Positions 8,042-14,047 of a stretch of DNA of 14,047 nt are shown here, piece after piece. Both the position numbers and the translations under genes were made by a program. Source of the DNA: Candidatus Hodarchaeota archaeon (lineage in GTDB: Archaea > Asgardarchaeota > Heimdallarchaeia > Hodarchaeales > Hodarchaeaceae). The stretch's first letter is position 1, and each line of letters starts with the position of its first letter. The stretch covers positions 1 through 14,047 of the forward strand of contig JAEOTQ010000215.1 in NCBI GenBank assembly GCA_016839785.1, given 5' to 3'. The notes under the pieces are model-generated. The model had not been told where the DNA came from and searched no databases. It saw nothing but the letters and a program-made list of their open reading frames with translations.

Positions 8042-8320
8042 ATGGGTTTGAAAAAAAAGCTGCTCTTGTTTTTGCTCATTATTGGCTTTATTGGTGGATT
8101 CATCCTTTTTATTGACGAAATCCGTATCGTTCCATTTTTGGAAGGTTTGACGCCGTTTTTGGATGATATTGGCTATCCAGAACGAATCTTACCGGATTTG
8201 AGTCAATTTCATATTGCAGGCGTTCATCATTGGTTGTTTGGAATTCTCCTGATGCTAGGTTCTGGCCTAGGGTTCATATATACACTCAAAAACGTCGACA
8301 GTTATAATTACTTTTCCTAA
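8042..8320 (+). CDS. Small two-TM membrane protein with H..G.HHW.FG motif
   Basis: 92 aa; basic N-terminus + TM, loop, FHIAGVHHWLFGILL second TM. Confidence 0.7.
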   Translation: MGLKKKLLLFLLIIGFIGGFILFIDEIRIVPFLEGLTPFLDDIGYPERILPDLSQFHIAGVHHWLFGILLMLGSGLGFIYTLKNVDSYNYFS

Positions 8321-8345
8321 ACTTAGCTGTTACCCTGAAAATCTC

Positions 8346-8385
8346 TGAGGTTTCTCCCTACCTCCGCCCCTCCCTTTTCTCCATA
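8346..8385 (+). repeat. 3' fragment of the dispersed repeat (end of core + tail)
   Basis: TGAGGTTTCTCC matches the core end (TGAGGTTCTCC in copy 2). TCCGCCCCTCCCTTTTCTCCAT matches copy 4 TCCACCCCTCCCTTTCCTCCAT at 20/22. Confidence 0.75.
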
Positions 8386-8522
8386 ATTTCATTAAGTAGT
8401 ATAGTTGATAGCTTTCTACAAGTTAGGAGTCTTCTTCTTTTTTCTATCATGAAAATTTGATAAAAATGAATTTGCATTGAAAAATCCTCTATTGGGATCG
8501 AATGTATCTAAAAAGGAGCCAA

Positions 8523-8530
8523 TTTATAAG
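8523..8530 (+). promoter_or_regulatory. Candidate TATA box for ABM gene
   Basis: TTTATAAG about 42 bp before ATG 8572; GAGGA at 8560-8564 as RBS. Confidence 0.5.
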
Positions 8531-8571
8531 GGGATTACTGGAAGTAAAACACAATAAAAGAGGATCTAAAC

Positions 8572-8889
8572 ATGATTAGTCGAATTTGGCATGGCTGGAC
8601 AACGCTTGAGAACGCTGAAGCTTATGAAACACTTCTCAAGAGCGAAATTTTTTCTGAAATAGAGAACCGTCAGATTGTTGGTTATAATGGAATTCATCTC
8701 TTCCGTAGAAATATTGGTGAGGAAACGGAATTTATTACAATCATGTGGTTTGATTCATTAGAAGCTATTCGCGCTTTTGCAGGGGAAGACTATGAAGTAG
8801 CAGTTGTCCCGCCAAAAGCAAGAAGATTACTCTCGCGGTATGACGCACGTTCTCAACATTATGAAGTAAGGGCTGAAGTGAAAATATAA
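8572..8889 (+). CDS. Antibiotic biosynthesis monooxygenase (ABM, dimeric alpha-beta barrel) family protein
   Basis: MISRIWHGWT...NA..YE..L, EFITIMWFDSLEAIRAFAGEDYEVAVVPPKAR.LL.R.D..SQHYEV is the characteristic pattern of this subfamily. Confidence 0.85.
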   Translation: MISRIWHGWTTLENAEAYETLLKSEIFSEIENRQIVGYNGIHLFRRNIGEETEFITIMWFDSLEAIRAFAGEDYEVAVVPPKARRLLSRYDARSQHYEVRAEVKI

Positions 8890-9185
8890 CAACCCATAAT
8901 ATCTAAACAGGAATCAATCAAGTTCTTAAGTATAAATGATCTAAGTTAATACTATTATTTCCACCTGAAAATTGATTTAATTCAAGAGGTAATCGATCAA
9001 TTATTTTTCAGCGAATGGATACACCCTGTTTGGAAATGTTTGGATTGATGGGGTTTTTCACCTTCTCGCAATTTTCTGGGTAATTATTCGTGTAATTTGG
9101 GTAGCTTCGATAATTTTCGATCGAGAAGGGCTTTTAAGCTAAAATCCCCCCTATCTCCTTTTTTATCTATAATAAAATGAGTCGA

Positions 9186-9272
9186 TGTATGTCTCGTTCT
9201 CATCACCGTCCCGTGTAGGGGTTTGTAAGATTCTTTTTCGGTCAGGAACTTCCACCCCTCCCTTTCCTCCAT
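9186..9272 (+). repeat. Dispersed repeat, copy 4 (long form), between convergent genes
   Basis: CTCGTTCTCATCACCGTCCCGTGTAGGGGTTTGTAAGATTCTTTTTCGGTCAGGAACTTCCACCCCTCCCTTTCCTCCAT; colinear with copy 1; ends 13 bp before the stop of 9286(-). Confidence 0.9.
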
Positions 9273-9285
9273 CATTTGGCTTTCT

Positions 9286-11781
9286 TCATCGCTTCCAAGA
9301 GATTTTCTTTCTATGAACCATTAACATGAGGATGTAGAATAGAAAAACTAATGAAAGAGAAAATCCTGGGGATCGCTGGGAAGTCGAACTTTCTAGAGAG
9401 GTACTTGAAAATGGTGGTGCCTCTAGGTCTACTGTAGGCAATGATGAATTTTGAGGAGAAATATTCATTAAAAGAACAATGAATGAATAAGAAGGAATAC
9501 GTAGTTCAACCTCAGACTTTGGAAATTCACTTACAAAACTTTCTATCCCATTGTTTATACTTACAATATTATCGATACCTCTGATGTGTGAAGCGGTTAT
9601 TCCTGATTCAAGTAAGAGTATCGAAAGATTCCCCTGCCACGGAAGCTCTGTTCCCCCACGATTTGCAAATAAGAGTGCGACTTCATCTTGAGGACTTCTA
9701 TACCCTTGGATGATCCCTTGAGGAACACTAAAGCTTCCTGATGAAAAGGATAGCTGTGGTGAAGTTTCCCATATAGCAGGATATAATAAGTCGCCATCTC
9801 GAAAGAATTGAAAATTATTCAGATTGCGTGTCAAATAGGCGGCTTTCAACGAAGCGAATGCTTTGTTAGAAATACCTAGTCGGGAGGGGGAAACCAAGGT
9901 GGCTGCCCCAGGAATAAACCCGTCTTTTAGGCTTTCAGATAATCCCCAGAAAAAGATCCCAAAATCCATGGGATTGATATCTGGACGACCACTAGTCAGT
10001 AGATAGGGATGATAGACATAACTGAAGAGGGGAATGCTCTTTCCCGTGGGAAACCACCCATTCCTTTGATAACTTGTATGATAGCTCCAAAACAGATCTA
10101 TTGTATTCAGATATGTTTCGATAACATTTTCTGAGGCTAGCCCCGAATTCCCATTTATAGCCTGGATTGCGTTCCGTGTGCGATTGAGCAACATATTTTC
10201 TGCCACTTGCCACCAGCTTCCAGATCCAGGAGGGTGAGTGGTGACATCTCGATAATCAAATACAGGTGGAGCCACACTAATCTGATCTAAATATACCAAG
10301 TCAACCTCAAAATCTCGAACAGCAGTCACAGAATAATTGAGAACTACTTCTTGCCACCAATCAGAAGAAGGATCAGCAATAGCGCCTGTCAGATACGGAG
10401 TATATGTTTCAGTATAAGGAGTATCTAGATAACCAGTTAAATATTCACTGTTCTGGGAATAGGTGTCAGTGGTTACATCTACTAACCGCCCATTAAAATA
10501 CAGCATTACCTTACTGGAGGCGGCATGTACTGCGTCAATTCCCTGTCCGAGTTTTTCATTCCCATCTCTTGCAGGATAATACTCAGGGTACCCACGATCA
10601 AACCCATCTCGCCCCCATCCCCACCATTCCAATAAAAAGTCGGATGATAACCCTTTTTGAGTAAGATGGGTGGGAAATAATCCCATTTTATCAGTCGTTT
10701 CGCCCTCGAGGAAAATATTCCCAGAATTATGGTCAGTGACATAAGATGAGCCTTTCCAGACAAAATTAATCGATTTTAACCACGCAGGGACATCCTCTCG
10801 CTCCTTAATCCGCCCTTTTTCGACGTACCATTGGTCAAGTGCCCAGGTTTTATATTGAGAAGCACCTACAGCCCAATTTATTCCTTGATACGCGTTTACT
10901 ACAACCCAATAATCCATTGTGAAGTTGTTCCCACTGTTAAACACCATATTGTCGGAATAATGAAAGAAATCCAGATGAACACCTGAATAAAGGGAAATTC
11001 CTTTATGTCGACTTGTATTATCTAGAGCAGAAATTACGAATCCCCCAACTTTTGGTTCAGCGAGGACCAAAAATTGCATGGATAAGGTCCCTGGATAAGT
11101 TCTGACAAAATAATCGTGGTTTAGCGTATCGATTGCGTTCGTAATTAACCACCCTTCTCTTTCGGGAACAGCCACTTGTTCTGTGTTGGGAGTTAATGCC
11201 CAGTGGGTGATATCACTGATTATTGGAAGGTAAATACGACGGATCCCCGGAAGAGTTGAAGGCCCGAAAGTTTCTAGCTTGAAATTAATTCCAGAGTGAG
11301 GAGTATTTAGTTGAATCGTCAGATTGACCTCAAGCAGGTCACTGTCAAGAGAGAATTGATAACACATGACAACTGAGGTTTCAGTAAGAGAATAATCGAA
11401 GCTAATCGAATCGGAGGGATAGATATCTGAATAGTCAAGCAAATCTATGAACCAGAAAGGATGATTTACCGTTTGAAAGGAGATTTCCTGCAGGGTTAGT
11501 AAATTTTTCATCTGAATTAATGACCCAAAGGTCGATAGATCAAATTCCAGTAAAAGCGAATCCGTTGTTAGCGTTAAGATATCATCAATAATTTGCATAC
11601 TAGGTGGATTGGTCTTTATAGCAACAGTAGAGTGTTTAAAAGGAAAATTTTCCCTCTCTGGAGCGTTATCAAGGATTAAAGGGTTTTTTCCTTCAATAAT
11701 GCTCGTACTAGAGAGAAAGACATAAGTAAGAAGAAAGAGGAGAATCAATGCACTCTTCTGACCAAAATAAGTTCGTTTCAT
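9286..11781 (-). CDS. Secreted DUF6259-like putative glycoside hydrolase (TIM-barrel) with PGF-CTERM-like anchor
   Basis: Signal peptide; YPG.LSMQF, WWGW...GFDRGYPEYYP, VMLYFNGRL.D, DLVYLDQI, H.PG.G.WW, SEN..E.Y, IPLFSYVYH motifs; S/T linker then PGF + TM + RKK. Family assigned from recall. Confidence 0.75.
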   Translation of the reverse strand: MKRTYFGQKSALILLFLLTYVFLSSTSIIEGKNPLILDNAPERENFPFKHSTVAIKTNPPSMQIIDDILTLTTDSLLLEFDLSTFGSLIQMKNLLTLQEISFQTVNHPFWFIDLLDYSDIYPSDSISFDYSLTETSVVMCYQFSLDSDLLEVNLTIQLNTPHSGINFKLETFGPSTLPGIRRIYLPIISDITHWALTPNTEQVAVPEREGWLITNAIDTLNHDYFVRTYPGTLSMQFLVLAEPKVGGFVISALDNTSRHKGISLYSGVHLDFFHYSDNMVFNSGNNFTMDYWVVVNAYQGINWAVGASQYKTWALDQWYVEKGRIKEREDVPAWLKSINFVWKGSSYVTDHNSGNIFLEGETTDKMGLFPTHLTQKGLSSDFLLEWWGWGRDGFDRGYPEYYPARDGNEKLGQGIDAVHAASSKVMLYFNGRLVDVTTDTYSQNSEYLTGYLDTPYTETYTPYLTGAIADPSSDWWQEVVLNYSVTAVRDFEVDLVYLDQISVAPPVFDYRDVTTHPPGSGSWWQVAENMLLNRTRNAIQAINGNSGLASENVIETYLNTIDLFWSYHTSYQRNGWFPTGKSIPLFSYVYHPYLLTSGRPDINPMDFGIFFWGLSESLKDGFIPGAATLVSPSRLGISNKAFASLKAAYLTRNLNNFQFFRDGDLLYPAIWETSPQLSFSSGSFSVPQGIIQGYRSPQDEVALLFANRGGTELPWQGNLSILLLESGITASHIRGIDNIVSINNGIESFVSEFPKSEVELRIPSYSFIVLLMNISPQNSSLPTVDLEAPPFSSTSLESSTSQRSPGFSLSLVFLFYILMLMVHRKKISWKR

Positions 11782-11810
11782 TGCCAGACCTCTAAATGAG
11801 CATTAACGCG

Positions 11811-11820
11811 CTTATAAAAA
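11811..11820 (-). promoter_or_regulatory. TATA box for 11781(-) gene
   Basis: Minus strand TTTTTATAAG about 30 bp upstream of the ATG; GAGGT RBS 6 nt before the ATG. Confidence 0.6.
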
Positions 11821-11894
11821 TGTATATTCTTCACGCGTTTTTCCTCTTGGAAATTTCCTTTTGAGGTGATCGATGAAATATTGCCGAATGATTT

Positions 11895-12314
11895 TTACTT
11901 GTCTTTTTCTGTGTTGGATTCCATGAAAAGAACCAGTTCATCTGGACTTGCTAGATGTTCCTCTCCTAACCACTTAAAATGGTGTAAGTTAAATGTGATC
12001 AGTGTTGATTTAACCTTTAATGCCTGTGTTCCAATCATAAAGTCTCTGGCATGATGTCTAAACTGGAGTGTCGATTTTTTAGCGTTTTTACTAATAGCAA
12101 AAATCTCTTGATAGGTTAAGTCATTTACGATGGCACCAAGTGCATTCATGTCTTTTTTGAACAATTCGTCTGAGATTCCACGAATATTATACCAGTGATA
12201 AGTTTCTAATGCACTTATAACTGAAATATTCACTTCCATCTTATCTTTTGCTGCCTGTAACCAATCAATAAAGTCTTGGTCTCGAAAGACATTGCTATCC
12301 AGACTTATCCTCAT
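11895..12314 (-). CDS. vapC: PIN-domain ribonuclease toxin (VapC family)
   Basis: True start is ATG 12314 (GGGGTGA RBS upstream), giving 139 aa: ISLDSNVF, ISVISALE, RDFMIGTQAL, LITFNLHHF. Overlaps the antitoxin stop by 20 nt. Confidence 0.9.
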   Translation of the reverse strand: MRISLDSNVFRDQDFIDWLQAAKDKMEVNISVISALETYHWYNIRGISDELFKKDMNALGAIVNDLTYQEIFAISKNAKKSTLQFRHHARDFMIGTQALKVKSTLITFNLHHFKWLGEEHLASPDELVLFMESNTEKDK

Positions 12315-12597
12315 TAACTTCACCCCAATTTGATATACGCATCTCCTCGATTTGAGGACCAGGTGTTTGTAAAGCTGTTCGAATCTCCTTTCTCCACTGA
12401 ATTTTCTCACGTTTTCTTACTGCTGCTTTAATGGCTTTTCGAGCCTTTGGATTTGCTGAATAACGCTCTCTCCCTATCTCTTTTTCGTATAGACTGACGG
12501 CACGTAATATAATCTCACCTTGAGTCGTATCCATTTCGGCAGCCAATTTCTTGAGTTTTTTTCGCAGTTCATCGTCTACTGTCACTGATGATGGCAT
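12295..12597 (-). CDS. vapB: Ribbon-helix-helix antitoxin (VapB-type)
   Basis: SSVTVDDELRKKLKKLAAEMDTTQGEIILRAV is an RHH pattern; 100 aa; immediately upstream of and overlapping the PIN gene. Confidence 0.8.
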   Translation of the reverse strand: MPSSVTVDDELRKKLKKLAAEMDTTQGEIILRAVSLYEKEIGRERYSANPKARKAIKAAVRKREKIQWRKEIRTALQTPGPQIEEMRISNWGEVNEDKSG

Positions 12598-12609
12598 GTG
12601 AATTCGTTT

Positions 12610-12658
12610 AATGTATCCATGTTACTATTGATAAATGTTTCCATTTAACCATGATCAT
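12610..12658 (-). promoter_or_regulatory. vapBC promoter with candidate autoregulatory operator
   Basis: Direct repeats AATGTATCCAT (12610-12620) and AATGTTTCCAT (12634-12644), each ATG-N4-CAT, flank a TATA-like TTTATCAA on the minus strand. Confidence 0.55.
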
Positions 12659-12698
12659 CATCTTGGCCTTATTGTAACTGCAACCTTCGCTCTCAATG

Positions 12699-12722
12699 AA
12701 GAATTCCTCCCTTTTCTCCATA
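12699..12722 (+). repeat. Tail-only fragment of the dispersed repeat
   Basis: CCTCCCTTTTCTCCATA (12706-12722) is a 17/17 match to 8369-8385 and is preceded by AAGAAT, as in copy 1 (615-620). Confidence 0.7.
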
Positions 12723-12790
12723 TTTTCTCCTTGAAGTGTCGATACGGAACTATCTCGTTGTAGGGTTACAATTTCTTAAGTTTGCGATGT

Positions 12791-12805
12791 CCGAAGATTT
12801 ATAAT
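12791..12805 (+). promoter_or_regulatory. Archaeal BRE + TATA box
   Basis: CCGAAGA-TTTATAAT. It sits directly before ATG 12807, implying that ATG would not be transcribed. Confidence 0.55.
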
Positions 12806-12863
12806 TATGAAAAATATACTTTCACCAATTATTCAATATCTCAATAATGGAGGATTGATTTTT

Positions 12864-13502
12864 TTGCCTAACTCTAGGAGTTCTTTTATTACTTCAAGGA
12901 AAGTTATGCTGACCATCTTTTTCGTCCTCTTTCTCTTATTTCTCCCCTTACTAATGATTGGCCAAGGTTATGAGTATCGCAAAGGTTATTTGAAGTATAA
13001 AGATTCGATAGGGTTGGTAACTTTTTCCCAATCTATTCAAACCGTTAATCTTTCGGGGCAATTGACCGAAGTTTGTGCGCAATTATGGTTGGCAACTGAT
13101 CAATTTCCCCCTCCTGCAAATACCTCCCTCTTTCCCTCTCGAGCCTCTTCTGATTCTACAATTCGAGATTGGTATTGGAATACTCTGTTTTCCGATTTTT
13201 TCGCCCAAGATGTTGATCAATTACTCATCAACGATTTTCCTGCCATTTCATTAATGATTTGGCCTGCGGAACTGAACCAAGAGATCTCCTCTGCATTTTT
13301 CATTGATTATGAACAAGATCCGAGAGTGATCTCTCCTTTTGACCCGAGTGTGAGTGGATTTGCTTTTCAGGTATCTTATCTTCCCTGGGATATCGAGCTC
13401 GTATCAAAAGATCCAGAACCTGAGGATTATGATGCATTAGACCGATGGAAAAACGAATGTGAATCTCTGGAGGAAGCTTTAAACTCCTTGTGGGAATTCT
13501 AA
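12864..13502 (+). CDS. Hypothetical protein with N-terminal TM/signal anchor and acidic soluble domain
   Basis: ORF 12807-13502; likely start TTG 12864 (GGAGG at 12849-12853). TM VMLTIFFVLFLLFLPLLMIG. No family recognised. Confidence 0.65.
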   Translation: MPNSRSSFITSRKVMLTIFFVLFLLFLPLLMIGQGYEYRKGYLKYKDSIGLVTFSQSIQTVNLSGQLTEVCAQLWLATDQFPPPANTSLFPSRASSDSTIRDWYWNTLFSDFFAQDVDQLLINDFPAISLMIWPAELNQEISSAFFIDYEQDPRVISPFDPSVSGFAFQVSYLPWDIELVSKDPEPEDYDALDRWKNECESLEEALNSLWEF

Positions 13503-13558
13503 TTTATTATTTATTTACTTTGGATGTTGATATCCGAGGATCAGTTTTTGAACGTGAG

Positions 13559-13786
13559 ATGACCTCTATCAGTTTTGAAACCTTTAAGAGGCAGCTTACA
13601 TCATTTTTAATGCATAACGTACCAGTGGGTGATTCAATAGAGTATAGTACATTATTTAAGGAGTTAAAGAGAACCGAAATTTTTCCTGAATACCTTCTTC
13701 TGAGAGCTTTACAGGATTTAGAGTTTAGAGGATTGATTAAAAGTCATTTTGATCTGAATAAACAGAGAGAAATCATTAGAATATAA
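13559..13786 (+). CDS. Small stand-alone winged-helix-like protein
   Basis: From ATG 13559, 75 aa: FKRQLTSFL...SIEYSTLFKELK...EYLLLRALQDLEFRGLIKS fits a three-helix + wing pattern. Confidence 0.6.
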   Translation: MTSISFETFKRQLTSFLMHNVPVGDSIEYSTLFKELKRTEIFPEYLLLRALQDLEFRGLIKSHFDLNKQREIIRI

Positions 13787-13877
13787 CTTTACTAAATGAA
13801 GAGAGATAAAATCATTTTTTTTATCTATGAGGATAAACAAGTTTTCTAGGGATTTCGTAGAATTCGATTCTTGGGAT

Positions 13878-14047
13878 TTAAAGGATCCTCAACATATCAA
13901 TTATCCAGATAGAAAGAATAATCAATCCAATAATCCAGATAGATATTATCACAAGTGTTGCTTTTTTCCCAACTGGTACTTCCTTGTTCTTTCCTTCTCT
14001 GGCCTTTTTTCTGCATTCTTCTATGATTTCTCTTGGAATTAATTTTA
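13878..14047 (-). CDS. 3' end of a YkvA/DUF1232-family membrane protein (truncated by window; not in ORF track)
   Basis: Minus strand from 14045 reads KLIPREIIEECRKKAREGKNKEVPVGKKATLVIISIWIIGLIILSIWIIDMLRIL*. KLIP.E..EECR.KA followed by a TM with IW is the typical C-terminal part of long DUF1232 proteins. Confidence 0.75.
   Translation of the reverse strand, partial: KLIPREIIEECRKKAREGKNKEVPVGKKATLVIISIWIIGLIILSIWIIDMLRIL

Noticed and set aside
556-9272. Repeat copies as CRISPR repeats or canonical integron attC sites
   Set aside because: Copies are 1.3-5 kb apart and diverged with no regular spacers; no RYYYAAC...GTTRRRY ends or long perfect hairpin; intervening genes are in both orientations; no cas or integrase gene here.
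9084-9275. 63-aa minus-strand ORF sharing KPLH.T..RT with the tail of the 2680-3213 protein
   Set aside because: The similarity is simply translation of repeat copy 4; differences between copies are non-synonymous and show no codon periodicity.
9597-12054. Short ORFs 9597-9797, 9992-10213, 10506-10763, 11866-12054
   Set aside because: Alternative-frame or antisense overlaps of the DUF6259-like and vapC genes.
12315-12410. N-terminal extension of the PIN ORF (start 12410)
   Set aside because: Overlaps the antitoxin by over 100 nt; the PIN domain begins at ATG 12314 with a strong GGTGA RBS.
12754-12767. CTCGTTGTAGGGTT resembling a collapsed repeat core; also GTAAGATTCT at 722-731
   Set aside because: Matches are too short and need a large deletion; may be chance.
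13827-14042. 71-aa plus-strand ORF, and ATCCAGATAGA direct repeat within it
   Set aside because: Antisense to the DUF1232-like frame; the repeat just encodes SIWII twice in the TM helix.

Overview
AT-rich archaeal-type chromosomal segment (BRE/TATA promoters, GGTGA/GAGG ribosome-binding sites, S/T-linker plus C-terminal sorting tails). The protein styles suggest an Asgard archaeon such as Heimdallarchaeia/Hodarchaeales; this is inference only. It is an accessory region of unrelated genes: a NosD-like beta-helix surface protein, several small membrane proteins, a membrane-tethered winged-helix regulator, a DUF3160 protein, a membrane protein of the family often labelled 'actin-binding WH2', an ABM-family protein, a DUF6259-like PGF-tailed putative glycoside hydrolase, a VapBC (RHH + PIN) toxin-antitoxin pair, a small winged-helix protein and the 3' end of a YkvA/DUF1232 gene missed by the ORF track. 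The most striking unexplained signal is a GC-rich, roughly 55-87 bp dispersed repeat (core CYCGTTCTYMYCRYCGTCCYGYGYAGGGGYYTGWRAG, polypyrimidine tail ending CTCCAT). It has four core-bearing copies (556, 2689, 7891, 9186) and three tail-only fragments. All lie on the + strand regardless of neighbouring gene orientation, and one supplies the C-terminus of a protein. No rRNA, tRNA, CRISPR array, transposase or integrase was recognised. All calls are by eye; no searches were run.
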